NCBI RefSeq assembly: GCF_000981445.1
Contig: NC_027218.1
Location: 1,984,001-2,048,000 of the forward strand
Direction of reading: 5' to 3'
From: Babesia bigemina
Lineage: Eukaryota
DNA: 64,000 bases
Position numbers and translations under genes: made by a program. Below are positions 28,649-40,770 of this stretch, in pieces; position 1 is the first letter of the stretch, and every line of letters starts with the position of its first letter. The notes beneath the pieces were generated by a model. That model did not search any database, was not told the origin of the DNA, and was given only the letters and a program-made list of their open reading frames with translations.

Positions 28649-29893
28649 TCAGAGCTCGTCGTGCTGCGATGCGACCACGGGGGCGAAGGCGGGCAGCTTG
28701 TCGCCTCTTACGAGCTTGAATCGCGCATCTCCGCCCAGGATCTTCTCCAACATGTTTTCGATGCCCTCGCGTGTGACGGCGCCGTCGCCTTCGAAGATCA
28801 TGAACCTGAGCTTCTTCTTGGGGTTGAAAATGGCAACCGAGGGCAGCTCAGCGGGCTGTCCGAATAGTTCCGCGAACCCGGGCTCGGCAGCGAGGTTCAT
28901 CCACATCCACTTGCCGGTGAACTCGCCCTTGTACCTGGCGCTGAGTTCCATCAGCATCTGCCTGTCGTCCGCACCCAGCTCGCCGTTGGTGAGGTAGATC
29001 ACGCAGAACCCGTGCGATTTGTTGAAACAGATGTCCATGTGCGATTCCAGCGTGAGCTGCGGCAGCGGGTCGTGCTTCCAGGTCTTTGACTTGGTGGCCT
29101 TGGTGTTGCCGGCGTCGTAGCCGCTTCCCAACAGGAAGGTCTCGGAGTATACGTTGAGCCACTCGAACATGCTGCTGTAGTCGAAGGTGCCCTCGAAGCG
29201 GTCGACCTTCGAGTCGGGCTTGACCACGATCAGGTCCGGCAGCGACTTGACCTTGTACCTCGCCTTGAGCTCGGGGTTCTCGCCGACGTTGACGAACCCC
29301 AACAGCAGCTTCTTGTCCATCACCAGACTGAGCGCCTTGTACACGTAGTTGGGTCCGGCCTTGTCGCTGAACAGCAGCGCCTTGGGCATGGTCTCGAACT
29401 TGCCCATGAACTCGGGCAGCTTGCCCGGCTTGATGACCTCCACCAGCGAGGCGACGTGCTTGACCAGCTCGCGCTTGATCATCGCGCTGACCATGTTGCC
29501 GGAGTAGTTGTATGCGGGCATGGGCAGCTTGGGGTACACGCGCAGCACGGGGGTGGAGTATCCCGCTCCGAGCTCGGCCTCGCAGATGCTCTTCAGCGAG
29601 GGCGAGCTGCAGTCCATGGCGACGATGGTGTAGATGCCCTTGAGCTCGCGGCTCACCACGTCAACCTCCTTGTCGATAAGGCTCTTGATGCCGCTGTCCG
29701 AGGGCGTGTAGAAGAAGGCGGCGGTGGACGTGGTCTGGCGCGCGACCTTCACCTTGGACACGAACGTGGTCTCGTTTCCCACCTGCAGCTCGTGCTGCAT
29801 GGGGTCGATGAGCAGCGACGAGCAGCCGATGGTGGCAACGGCAGCTGCCGTGAGCGCAACTAGCGCAGCGGTCCACTGACTTCTCGATTCCAT
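28649..29893 (-). CDS. ER-resident thioredoxin/PDI-like protein (no CGHC site)
   Basis: Signal peptide, thioredoxin-fold-like segments (YKVKSLPDLIVV), C-terminal HDEL. Confidence 0.85.
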   Translation of the reverse strand: MESRSQWTAALVALTAAAVATIGCSSLLIDPMQHELQVGNETTFVSKVKVARQTTSTAAFFYTPSDSGIKSLIDKEVDVVSRELKGIYTIVAMDCSSPSLKSICEAELGAGYSTPVLRVYPKLPMPAYNYSGNMVSAMIKRELVKHVASLVEVIKPGKLPEFMGKFETMPKALLFSDKAGPNYVYKALSLVMDKKLLLGFVNVGENPELKARYKVKSLPDLIVVKPDSKVDRFEGTFDYSSMFEWLNVYSETFLLGSGYDAGNTKATKSKTWKHDPLPQLTLESHMDICFNKSHGFCVIYLTNGELGADDRQMLMELSARYKGEFTGKWMWMNLAAEPGFAELFGQPAELPSVAIFNPKKKLRFMIFEGDGAVTREGIENMLEKILGGDARFKLVRGDKLPAFAPVVASQHDEL

Positions 29894-30819
29894 GATGCCA
29901 CGTGTCTAAGCAGAAAAAGAGATGAGCAGCCTCGTTGAGTATACGAACTGCCGCTTCAAAAGTGCCGGTATACGATCACTCGGCGTTGGCTTCGGCCAAT
30001 GTAGAAATAAGACGCGCGGCGGCGTATCCTCAGCAACGTGAGGTGTCCGATTGCAACCTCAGCGGCACTCGGGAGCGAATCTCCAGTGCCCGCGGAAAGC
30101 TTCGACGTAGACACACCCGCGCCGCGAACGGTAGGTACGACAGCAGCTCTTGGGCGTCGTAAGCGGCCGTCGATATCGGTCGTGAAAAACGCGAGAGACG
30201 CGGTCGCCAAAAAGCAGTTCCGTGAATCTCGGAAGGTGTGGTGCAACTTCGCGCCGGTATACTACGCAGATACGGCGGACTCGAGGGAGATGTGCATTAC
30301 GCGTGTATAGACCCCGCGTCAGCGCTGGGGCCGGCATACACCCCTGCGTCGGGAAGACGACACCGGTCGCCACTTCGCTGCTGCCCGGATCTAGTGGCGC
30401 CTACAACATCAACGAGATCCGATACACACGTGCGCGTCACTTAATCAACCGGGAACTCCGACACGTGTTCGCGTGTCTAGCGCTTGCACACCTACCAACA
30501 CGTCAAATTGGCGGCTGAAACAACGCTTTCTCAGCAAAAATAAGGACATATACGTTCACAACAATGTTGTAGAAGCGTGTATTAGGCGTCTTACGGCGCA
30601 GCTAACGCTGCCGTGCACCTCACCAATCGCTCATGCGGAACAACAATGCGTTCCCGTCTCATCAAATGTGATATTATAGAAATGTCGTAGGCGGACTTGG
30701 TTATACCGTGGCACGCGTAGTCAGCTGATGCGATTAAGGCAGTGTTAGAGCCCCGTCCTCCACAGATGCGGTGCCCCGCTGCCGGAGTCTGTTGGCCTGC
30801 AGGCACCCTCGTTGACGGG

Positions 30820-32723
30820 TCACGCGGATCCAGAGTACGCCTTCGGCATGATGCACTTGTTGTACAGCGGTATCTTGCCGTTTTTTTCGAAGAGCGCGAA
30901 CTCCTGCAGCAGCATCTCGAAGGTGATGTCGTCCTCGATACTCGACTTCACGCTGTCGACGACCGCGAGGCTGTTGGGCAGCTTCTTGTCCACACGGATG
31001 CGCTCCGCGTACCACCCGCCCTGCACCCATGTCCCGTTGTCGAAATCGTAGTCCGCCTTTCCATCGTTCAGGGTCCCTCCGTGGGTGACGTCGCCGCGGG
31101 CGCGCACTTTGGGCACGAAGGTCCAGACGCGCGAGTCGGTGATCCACGAGCACTCGACGATGAGCTGCGTGATCTTGCTGCCGATGGCCATGGTCAGGAT
31201 GTGTCGGTACACGTCGCCGTACGGCGCCAGGTACTCGTTGTAGAAGACGCGCGTGCCCCTGACCATGACAAACAATTCCACTAGCCGCGGGCACCTTCGC
31301 TCGTCGTACAGCACGTCGACGCTGAAGTCTACGGTGTTGAGGTGCGGCGGCTTCCACTTAAGCAGCTTCGGGCATGTGCCCGGCAGGTACTGCAGCCGCA
31401 CGGGTGTGAAAATGAGGCCGTCGCTCACGTGCGGTAAGCTCTGGGAGAACTGCTCGATGTGTGCGATCTGCGATATGTCGAAGAAGTCCTTCAGGTATAT
31501 GGCCAGTGGCGGCTGTGCTGCCCCCACTGGCGCCCCGTCAGCAGCTGCCGCGGCCGGCGCTTTCAACGACTTTTGGTACGGCAGGATCACGTCGGTGTAG
31601 ACGATGGAGAGCCGGTCCAGGAAGTTCATCTCCCGGAGAGACCGCCTCTGTACGTACACGCCGTCATAGCACATGAACCGCGGATGCTGCACCTCAACGC
31701 CATCGACTTGCATTGTGTCCAGCACGATCTCCCCATCCAGTAACGTCAGCTGTTGCGTTTCAGAGGGGTTGCCTCGCACGGGCAGGCGTATCGGTACGTA
31801 ATGTACTTCCTCGTTCCTTCCAATCAGGTAGATGGCGCCCGACGCCGCCAGCAGAAGCGCGCGGATGCCGTCGGTCTTCTCGCAAACCACATAATCGCTC
31901 CGGAAGAGCAACGGCAGATCATTCCTGAGCAACAATGAGGCAGGCGCATTCGTGCGTGCAAGGTTCGGCTTGCTGGTTGGTGAAAGATATCATATGCACC
32001 GTCGACAAAAAAGGGAATTCAACTAAGAAACAACACATCAATGAACAGGAAACAAACAGATAGAATCACAAAACACGCATGAATGATCACCGCTATATAA
32101 TGGCGCATTTATAGACACGCACATTTATTACAACTATTGGCTAAACGGAAACAGAATTAGGCATACCGGACACCAGTAAGACATCAGTCCCAAATGCGGG
32201 AAGCGCACAAAACACCAGTTTAGTTGCCTCCACAAACATAGCCACAAGTGTTAAAACACAACATGTTGAATCAAGCAACATAGCAACGCCCAATCCGCAG
32301 TACGGGCAACAGCGGGCACAGGTGACCAGATGGAAACACCCAAATCGAACCCACCAACAGAACACGTTAAACACATATGCATACGTATACACTTGTGGAA
32401 CCGTGGAACACCCGTTGCAAGCGTGAAAAACAATGCACTGAGGACGTAGACACCAAGGGGCTGTAACAGCTGCATGGAACGCGAAGAGCGTGGCCGCAGG
32501 ATGCAATCTAATCACGCCAACAACACCACAATACGGACGAAATATATGCCACGCACCTGGTGAGAGAGACGGGCTGCGCTCCAGGGAAGGACTGGTGCTT
32601 CCAGCCCAGCAGCTGCCGCACCTTGGTCAGCACCTTGTCACGGTCCTCCTCGACCGTGATGGGCTCCCCTGGCATCCGCATCAACGCGTTTGGCGCCGAC
32701 TCGGCCTGCGAGACCTCATCCAT
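30820..32723 (-). CDS. CEG1: mRNA capping enzyme (guanylyltransferase), 2 exons: 32723-32557 and 31924-30820
   Basis: FPGAQPVSLTR|NDL, motif I EKTDG, LLDGEIV, SDGLIF, LLKWKP, NTVDF, RIRVDKKLPN. Confidence 0.95.
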
Positions 32724-33190
32724 GGCGAAATACGGCGATGGACGGCGAGAAGACCTGGTCACCGAGGGGCTGCCGCGCAGTGCCAAGAGTAACTCCGAGC
32801 GCGGCGCGTGTCCAGACAGGGTTGCGCGCCTATACCGCGCGGTTCAGATAGCTGCCACCATGCGGGGCGTCGTTGTAATCGCGGCTGGGCAAAGGCAACC
32901 CGCGAACAGCACTGCTCCCGGCCCAGAGCACCCCAAGAATCTCGCCGTGAATGCCGCGCCATGCAGCTGCGGTAACGCCAACACACCCTGCACACATCGT
33001 TTAAGCTTCGTTTTTAGATTTCGAATTTCGGTTTTAACGTTTGATAACCCCCGCGGCAGTCGTTGCGGAGTACGGCTATCGCCTCGGCCGGAGCCAATGT
33101 GTAAGCTGGAAAATGGACTAAGCTCGCACGGGAACCGTCCGCTGAACTCATGAGCGCTACGAGGGTCCCAATCGCGGACGCTCCGGTGGA

Positions 33191-36100
33191 ATGAACGCAT
33201 CCGACAAGATGTCGAGAATGGAGAGCGTGAGGCAGGAGCCTGAGGACTCTGGCAGGTCCTCCCTGCAGCGGTCCATGGACGTGTTCTGGGCGGTGTCGAA
33301 CCTGAGCATGGAGTGGAACAAGAAGCTGCTCATGGGCTCGTTCGTGACTTCGGACAAGAAGGACCGCTACTGGAAGGAGAGCCACCGCGCGATGGCGCAG
33401 CTGATCGTGGACAGCATCAAGAACCTCAAGGGGTGCTGGGTCAAGGTCGGGCAGATCCTCAGCACCAAGCCCGGCATGCTTCCGCGGTGCTACGTCGAGG
33501 CGCTATCGCAGCTGCAGGACCGCATGGGCCACAGCGACTTCGCTGAGATCATCGACACGCTGGAGGAGGAGGTCGGTTACATGGACGACATCTTCAAGAA
33601 CTTCGACTCGATCCCCCTGGCGAGCGCGTCGATAGCGCAGGTGCACAAGGCCATGCTGCACGACGGGAACGTGGTGGCGATAAAGGTGCAGCACCGGTGC
33701 AGCGAGCAGAACCTGCGCAACGACCTTGAGATTTTGAAGATGATCCTGTGGGTGGCGCAGAGCATGGGCCAGTACAAGCGCATGTTCGCTTCGATCGACG
33801 ACTACACGTCCGCGGCCATGCAGGAGATCGATTTCATGATCGAGGCGGAGAGCTGCCGGCTCGCCCGCGTGGACGCCGAGTTGTCCGGGATCCCCATCGT
33901 GGTGCCACGCGTCTTCGAAAAGTACTGCTCGAAGCGCGTGATCACCATGGAGTTCTTCGAGCTCTACAAGATGACCGACGTCAAGTTCTTCCGGGACAAC
34001 AACATCGACGCTTCGGGTATCGTGTACGACGTGCAGGACTTCGCCATCTACCAGATCCTGTCGTCCGGCCGGTTCCACGGCGACCCGCACCCCGGCAACC
34101 TGCTGCTGACGCGCAGCAAGGTGGACGGCAAGTTCTACCCGGTGCTGCTCGACTGGGGCATGACCCAGTCGCTGACGACCAAGCAGCGCGTTGGGCTGTG
34201 CCACCTCACCTACGCGCTGTGCATCGGCGACACGATAGGGTGCTTCACGGGTTTCGTGGAGGCGGGGTTCGACATGACCGCCCGTAAGGACTTCAGCTAC
34301 GAGCGTTTCCTGGAGTCGCTGCTCAAGATCTTCTCGTCCGACTTCAGCAAGGTCATGGACTACTGCGCGGAGGACGGTTCCATGAACCTCACCTCCGAGG
34401 ACGACACCCCCGGGGAGTGGCACTACATGGGGCGCATGTTCATCAAGGACTTCGTCATCAACGCGCCGAACTTCTTCCCGATCCTGCTGAAGGTCGTCTC
34501 GGAGTACCGCAACTACGCGATCATGCTGAACGTGCGGCTGCCGTTCCTGCAGATCCTGTACAAGAACAGCGGCAACGCGCTCTACAACGTGTACTACACG
34601 CCGCTGCTGCACCTGATGCTGAGCGAGTCCAACAAGGCCAAGTTCATCCGCAAGGCCCGGCGCGTGAAGCAGGTGCTCTCCGCCGACTGCGTGGAGGTGA
34701 CCGACGAGCAGATCGTGACGAAGGTGCTCATGGAAGTGTCGAGTTCGAATAAGTCTAAGGTGCGGCTTTCGGAGCCCATCAGCTTCCGGAAGCCCCGCGG
34801 CCTGCTGGAGGCCAAGGTGTCGGCGTTCCTGTCGCACATCGCGAAAGACAGCAGCCTGCTGGTGGCGGCGCAGGTCTGCGTGATGCGCAACGGCGTGGTC
34901 GAGGTCGACTTGGCGCACGGTTCGATGGGCAAGTACGAGTGCAGACCCGTCAAGTCGGTCGCGCTCTTCCAGGTCAGCCACATGATGAACGGCCTGATAG
35001 CCACCGCCGTGCTGAACCTCACGACGCACTACGACGTGTCGCTCGACGACCCCATCAGCAAGCACTGGCCCGAATTCGGCCAGAACGACAAGGAGCACAT
35101 CACCATCAGGGAGATGCTGAACCACTCCTCCGGGCTGGTGATGCCGTACCCCAACATCCTCCTGGTGGACAACCTGGACTACGAGACCATGATAAAGGAG
35201 ATCCAGCAGACTAACCTGCACAAGGAGGCCATTGGCATGACCAACTACGGTTACCTCTACTTCGGGTGGATCATGGCCGAGCTCGTTCGCCGCGTCACCG
35301 GCAAGAGCATCGAGGAGTACATCCTCGACCTTGCGCGCGACGTCAGCGTGCCGCTGGGCCAGCTGGTCTTCCCGTCGCTGCAGATAAACTGGGACGTGCA
35401 CGCCCCAGAGGCGCCGGTCAACGACGGGTCCTACGAGGTGGTGCACTTGGATCCGGCGTCCGCCATGGACCTCGATGAGCAGATGATCGACATCCCTCTG
35501 GGGTCGCCCGGCTGCCATGAATCGTCGGAGGATAGCACGCCGGCGTTCTGCAAGTCGCCCGCGGTCGCGCTTGACGCGGTGTCGCCGCTGGCGGGCAGTA
35601 TGCAGGCCGCACCCGCGATAAAGTCTGACATCAACCTGAACGATTCCGTTGGAAGCGCGTCGAAACTCATGGTGCCAGACCCGCACCAAGCCTATGGCGA
35701 CGGCGGCAGCGCGGCCGCCGACAAGCGCACTTCTGCGCAGGATACCACGACGACACTGTTTGTCGACATCGAATCGTCCGACACGCGTCTGCAGTCGTCC
35801 GCGGAGCTGTCGAAATTCACGTCCGAGGAGGTGATGGGCACCATAGTCGCCGACGGGAAGGAGATCCCGATGAGCAAGTTCACGATGATCCAGACGCAGT
35901 CGTGGGCGAACAAAAGCCTCGACTCGAGCGGCTCGCACGACATGTTGGACCTGCTCCCTCCGGACGTCACGCAGGGCAGTTCGCCCGACAACGAGTTGGC
36001 GAATCCGCAGGGGGACGTGGAGTGCGTGGGCCTCGAGGCGACGGTCGACATCAACGAGGTGCTGATGAGCAAGGACGAGTTCCTAGCTCTGCCGCAGAAG

Positions 36101-37120
36101 TCGGACGCGCTGCCCACCGCGGAGCAGAACATCAACAACGCCAAGGCGATAAAGCGGTCGAAGCGGCGGCGCTGCGTTGGACGCATGCTGCTGCGTCTCG
36201 GCGCGGTCGCGCGTGAGGCTGTGGAAACCGCGGCGCCGCAACGCCGCTGCTGGTGCACGCTGACGGCCGACAGCGATGAGCTGACGTACCACCGCTGCTT
36301 CTACCCGTCCAGCCGGTGCCCCGTGCAGACCCGGTTCGTCCGGCACCACCGCACGCCGTTCATGCGTCTGGAGGAGCTGGACGTGGCGGAGACGGAGAAG
36401 ATGTTCAACCAAAACATTGCGGAGGGCACGAACGGGCGCTACGACCCCGTGCTGGTGTCCGATAACGACGTGGTCACCGACGACGAGGAGCTCAGCGAGT
36501 TGGACCTCATGGAGGAGGACCAGCGGCTGAGCCGTCTGCGTCTCCGGAAGTTCATCATGAAGCGTAACCCCGTCCAGCGCGTGTTCCACCACAGCAACTA
36601 CGACGTGATCAACTACCGGTGCATCATCACCGACCCGATGAGCCTGGAGTACGAGTCCATCTACCAGAAGTCGGTGCCGGGTCTGAACGGGCGCGCGAGC
36701 GCCGTGGCCCTCAGCCGCTTCTACCAGGCCGTGCTGGACGGCACGCTAGTGGACCGGCGTCTGCTCGCGGAGGCCGAGCGCACTGTGGCGGTGGACCGCA
36801 GCGTCATCACGAAGGTGATGACCGCGATGTACACCCCCGCCTGGGGCCTGGGCTACCAGCGCTTCCACCTGCGTCGGCAGGGCTCCGGGGAGGAGCTGAT
36901 CGGCCTGGGCGCCGTCGACGTGTCAGGCTCGCTGACGCTGATGGTGCCTAAGCTGAAGCTGGTGGTCACGATGCTGTTTTCGTCCACGCGTAGCGTGGCG
37001 GTGTCGCACGTGCTGCTGTCGCTGGTGCTCGGCCACTACGGCCTGGAGCTTGCGCACGCTAACCTCAACGTTGGCGACCCCACGTCACTGTATAGACTGT
37101 TGGCGACAATTAAGATTTAA
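33191..37120 (+). CDS. ABC1/UbiB atypical kinase fused to a beta-lactamase-fold domain
   Basis: WVKVGQILST, PLASASIAQVHKA, VAIKVQH, FHGDPHPGN, LLDWG; then LDDPISKHWPEFGQNDKEHITIREMLNHSSGL and WGLGY. Confidence 0.92.
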   Translation: MNASDKMSRMESVRQEPEDSGRSSLQRSMDVFWAVSNLSMEWNKKLLMGSFVTSDKKDRYWKESHRAMAQLIVDSIKNLKGCWVKVGQILSTKPGMLPRCYVEALSQLQDRMGHSDFAEIIDTLEEEVGYMDDIFKNFDSIPLASASIAQVHKAMLHDGNVVAIKVQHRCSEQNLRNDLEILKMILWVAQSMGQYKRMFASIDDYTSAAMQEIDFMIEAESCRLARVDAELSGIPIVVPRVFEKYCSKRVITMEFFELYKMTDVKFFRDNNIDASGIVYDVQDFAIYQILSSGRFHGDPHPGNLLLTRSKVDGKFYPVLLDWGMTQSLTTKQRVGLCHLTYALCIGDTIGCFTGFVEAGFDMTARKDFSYERFLESLLKIFSSDFSKVMDYCAEDGSMNLTSEDDTPGEWHYMGRMFIKDFVINAPNFFPILLKVVSEYRNYAIMLNVRLPFLQILYKNSGNALYNVYYTPLLHLMLSESNKAKFIRKARRVKQVLSADCVEVTDEQIVTKVLMEVSSSNKSKVRLSEPISFRKPRGLLEAKVSAFLSHIAKDSSLLVAAQVCVMRNGVVEVDLAHGSMGKYECRPVKSVALFQVSHMMNGLIATAVLNLTTHYDVSLDDPISKHWPEFGQNDKEHITIREMLNHSSGLVMPYPNILLVDNLDYETMIKEIQQTNLHKEAIGMTNYGYLYFGWIMAELVRRVTGKSIEEYILDLARDVSVPLGQLVFPSLQINWDVHAPEAPVNDGSYEVVHLDPASAMDLDEQMIDIPLGSPGCHESSEDSTPAFCKSPAVALDAVSPLAGSMQAAPAIKSDINLNDSVGSASKLMVPDPHQAYGDGGSAAADKRTSAQDTTTTLFVDIESSDTRLQSSAELSKFTSEEVMGTIVADGKEIPMSKFTMIQTQSWANKSLDSSGSHDMLDLLPPDVTQGSSPDNELANPQGDVECVGLEATVDINEVLMSKDEFLALPQKSDALPTAEQNINNAKAIKRSKRRRCVGRMLLRLGAVAREAVETAAPQRRCWCTLTADSDELTYHRCFYPSSRCPVQTRFVRHHRTPFMRLEELDVAETEKMFNQNIAEGTNGRYDPVLVSDNDVVTDDEELSELDLMEEDQRLSRLRLRKFIMKRNPVQRVFHHSNYDVINYRCIITDPMSLEYESIYQKSVPGLNGRASAVALSRFYQAVLDGTLVDRRLLAEAERTVAVDRSVITKVMTAMYTPAWGLGYQRFHLRRQGSGEELIGLGAVDVSGSLTLMVPKLKLVVTMLFSSTRSVAVSHVLLSLVLGHYGLELAHANLNVGDPTSLYRLLATIKI

Positions 37121-37121
37121 G

Positions 37122-38027
37122 TCATTTTAGCCGCTTGCGGTCCACCGGCTTCAGTATCTGGAACGAACACATGAGCGTCTTGTCGACGCTCATCATGGCA
37201 CCTGCGTTGTCAAACTCCCCGCAGTAGTTGGGTGCGCTGAAAAGCGTCACGAGGCGTCGCTTGGAGAAAAACTCGTACCCGTCCTCCACCACCTGGTGTG
37301 CGCGGCAGATGAGGTCGAGCTCGTGCTTCATCAGGAAGTTGACAACGATATCGGAACCGAAGGTGAACGAGACTCCTCGGTCGTTTTCTCCCCACCCCAT
37401 GGTGTTCGGGTCGGGATCGCTCCAGAGAAGGTCGCAGAGCAGCCCGGTGTCCGGCACGTCGGTTGGCCGCGCAATCTGCCGGATCTGGTCCATGGAGTTC
37501 AGCTCCGGCGAGAGGCCGCCATGCATGCAGAATATCTTATCGTCGATGATCGCAGCCACAGGCAGGCAGTTGAAGCAGTCCGTGAAGACCTTCCACAGCT
37601 TCACGCTGTAGCGGCGCTTGCACTCATCGTAGAAACCGTAGATGCGGTTGATGGACGCGCACTCGTGGTTCCCACGCAACAGGAAGAAATTCTCCGGGTA
37701 CTTGATCTTGTAGGACAGGAGCAAACAAATGGTCTCCAGAGACTGCTTGCCTCGGTCCACGTAGTCCCCGAGGAAGAGGTAGTTGGAGGACGGCGGGAAC
37801 CCGCCGTACTCGAACAGCCGCAGGAGATCGTAGTACTGCCCGTGGATGTCGCCGCAGATCTTGATCGGCGCCTCCAACTCCAGGAGCACTGACTCCGACA
37901 GGAAGATCTCGCGGCTTTTGAGGCACAGTCCGCGGATCTCCTCCTCGCTCAGCTGCACAGTGCGCAGCGGCCTATTGCCTTGAACTTCGAGCAAGCGCTC
38001 GATGATGCTATCTACGTCCAGTTCCAT
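37122..38027 (-). CDS. PP1: Serine/threonine protein phosphatase PP1 catalytic subunit
   Basis: [43 protein letters not shown]. First conserved ATG is at 38027. Confidence 0.98.
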   Translation of the reverse strand: MELDVDSIIERLLEVQGNRPLRTVQLSEEEIRGLCLKSREIFLSESVLLELEAPIKICGDIHGQYYDLLRLFEYGGFPPSSNYLFLGDYVDRGKQSLETICLLLSYKIKYPENFFLLRGNHECASINRIYGFYDECKRRYSVKLWKVFTDCFNCLPVAAIIDDKIFCMHGGLSPELNSMDQIRQIARPTDVPDTGLLCDLLWSDPDPNTMGWGENDRGVSFTFGSDIVVNFLMKHELDLICRAHQVVEDGYEFFSKRRLVTLFSAPNYCGEFDNAGAMMSVDKTLMCSFQILKPVDRKRLK

Positions 38028-39214
38028 ATTAAAACTTACATCCCATACAGACGGCGAATGCGATTCCGTGCTCGGACCGGGGGAGAGCTCGTAGCAGAGA
38101 GGGATGATCCAACCGGCCGGCAAGCTCTATGCCCATCCTCCGCGCATACCAACCGGAGACGCTCGAGCCTCGCCGTCGCCTATGTTGCGCGATGGGCCCT
38201 CGCCAGAGCGGTCTGCGCGGGGCGCTCCGCGGCCACCGAGAAAGCTGCGCGAACGAGACGGACCCGCAGCGCGAGGCGCTAGGGTCTAAGGCGTTCTGAC
38301 GCAATATAAGGCAACTGCCCGTAAACAGCAGAAGAGTGATAGAAGTTTTCGGTCTGCGCGGCTGCCGGGTTACGGGGCGCCGTGCGCGACGCACCACTAT
38401 ATTGGGAGGCAAGGATGCGCCATGTACATGGACAACTGAGGCGGCGAATTACGCGAACGGTCTCGGCGTGCTGTTTACAAAAATGTGTGTATGCAGCGAC
38501 ACTTCCGGTGCGAGTTGGCTTTGGCGCGTCCTGCACCTTCGATCCACGGCGCCGGAAACACCGCGTGAATCGCGCCGTCTGGCAACCGCTACTGCCGGGC
38601 ACACATGAGTACTCGTCACGGTACGGCTTACGTAGCACAACTAAATCGGCGTCTTTGTGGTTTTTTCCGGACTAACGTATGCAGGGGATGGTGACGATGT
38701 CAGCCCGTCCTTGGCGAGTATTTTCGTCTGTCCAGAGATACCTTTCACCTCGAACCCGGGGAATATACTGAGTATCGTAGATCTAGCGGACATTTTTTTT
38801 CGTCCGTGGGTTCCCCTGCGGGGCGGATGATGCGCTGACATCACGCACAGCTCCAATCTCACCGTGCCAAGAATGCAACGATTTTTACGTGCAGTCTACC
38901 TTTATAGGTGCGTGTGAAGCTACATCCGCGGTGTAGGCCTTTCACACACGCGCCGTGACGGCGCTGCGCCGATCACGAGGGGGCGTCCCACGCCGAGCAC
39001 CTTCGCCTCGCGAAACTGCGCGAAGACCCGCATACACATACAGCGCGCTACATCTTATGCAACATTATACCGAGTGTATGTTACATTCCGCTGCCCGGCC
39101 GCTGGAATCGCGCCGCTGCAGTGGCCCGCCTGGGCCGTTCGCGGCGTCACTGCCGAAGCTTGGCCAGGTACGCCGAAGCCAACGCCTTCTGCCTGCAATC
39201 ACGTGAACAACTGC

Positions 39215-40770
39215 TTATTTACGGCGTATAACCCACTTTTTGAGGAAGGCAACGTCCACCAGGTCCTTGCCGTTGACCACAGCCGGGGTGGCGCTGCGCT
39301 TCACAGCTGCGTGCGCGTCCCGCGATCGCGGCTCCCAGTTTTTGCGGAGCACGAGGTCGTCGACGGCGTTCTTCAGCGCCGTGTTCGCCTGAAGGTCGGA
39401 GATGCGCAGCTCGCTCTGGCATCGGTGGCAGTGGTAGATGCGGCTGAGGTCGAGCTTGGCGCGGCCGCCGGCACGGTCGACCACACACTGGAGGCAGAAG
39501 GACTCCCCGCAGCACATCGCCGCCACGGGGTTGTTGAAGAAGTTGTTGCAGATGCTGCAGCGCAGCCCGCGCGCCATGTTCTTCGACTCGGTCTCGCTCA
39601 AGCCCAGCTGGCTCTGAATGCGTTGGTCGGCCGACTTGGTGAAGAAGGCGCCGCCGGACACCTTTGACATGTCCTTCATCACGGCGAACTCGCCAGCTGA
39701 ACCTTATAGGTGCCACTAGGCGCGAACTCACTCTTGAGGTGGTAGACCTCGTCGTAGTTGCCGATCTCGTCCTCCCCGATGACTTGCAGGAAGTCCACCG
39801 GTATGCCCGTCGCCGGCCGGATCTTCTTGTGCAGCCGCTTTCCCTCGGGCTGCACGCAGTTCTTGATGTGGTGGCCGCGCTGCCCGCACATGTGGCAGAT
39901 GTAGTTCTCGTCGACGGGCATGGGGTCGATGGTGCCGTTGTCGAAGCGGACACCAGGTGCGGGGTAGGCCGCGTGAGAGTGCGCGGTCCTAGCAGTTGCC
40001 ACGCCGCCAGCGGGTGCTCCATCGGAAGCGGGGGCTGCCGACGCCGCTAACGTCCTGTTGCGATAGTAGCGACGCGAAAGCGCCTCCGTGCTCTCGCCGC
40101 CGAAGAAGTCGCGCTCCTGCATTGCGGCCTGGATTCTGCTGTCCTCATCGTCTGAGTCCACGGCGGACTCGGCGTTCACGGAAGAGGCGGCGCCATTCAA
40201 CAGCGAAGGTTCCGATATCGAGCTGTGGGTGGTGGCGTCCTCGAAGTCGCCGGCGCTCTCCTGCCTCGACACGGCAGACGACACTCTCCCGAACGCCGTG
40301 AGGCTCGCATCTTCATCAGTTTCCTCGTACACGGACTCCGCGGCCGACTCCTGCGGCTGGGAGTCCACGGAAGGCCGGGACGAAATGGTGGCTGAGCTGC
40401 TTTGGGCCGTGGAGACCGTGGTCGGCATTCGAGATATGGTGGCGGAGCTCGACTCCGCGTTGCTGATGGTGGCGGTTCGTGACACCGAGAACCGTTTCTC
40501 GGCGGCCTCCAGCAGCTTCCTCGCCTCCGCTGCGGCGCAGCGGGCCACCAGCACCTGGCACTGCTCGCCCAGCATGTAGCTGTCCGGCAGGACCTCGGGC
40601 TCGCTCGACGGCAGGTAGAGCACGAAGTCGATGGCCGTGACGTGCTGCAGGCCGCACTCCTCCTTCAGCTTCTCTCGGGCGACCCCCACCGTGCACGGCA
40701 GTTGCACCAGCTTCGAGGTGCTGAACGCCGAGTTGGTGCCCTTCAACTTCCACTGCAGCGTCTCCGACAT
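39215..40770 (-). CDS. Mpe1/RBBP6-like cleavage-polyadenylation factor (DWNN, zinc knuckle, RING); intron 39697-39731
   Basis: Ubiquitin-like N-terminus, YICHMCGQRGHHIKNC, IRPATGIPVDFL, RING CSIC...CCGESFCLQC...CHRC. Confidence 0.88.

Noticed and set aside
29935..30518. Possible small spliced gene between the HDEL protein and the capping enzyme
   Set aside because: An intron-like segment exists near 30236-30269, but no ATG start or homology was recognised.
33503..35938. 811-aa antisense ORF (also 45141-46697, 47094-48092, 56138-57193, 49766-50563)
   Set aside because: Shadow ORFs opposite GC3-rich real genes; H/L/V/R-rich translation with no motifs.
38279..38862. Short ORFs upstream of PP1
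   Set aside because: No motifs; likely long 5'UTR or promoter.
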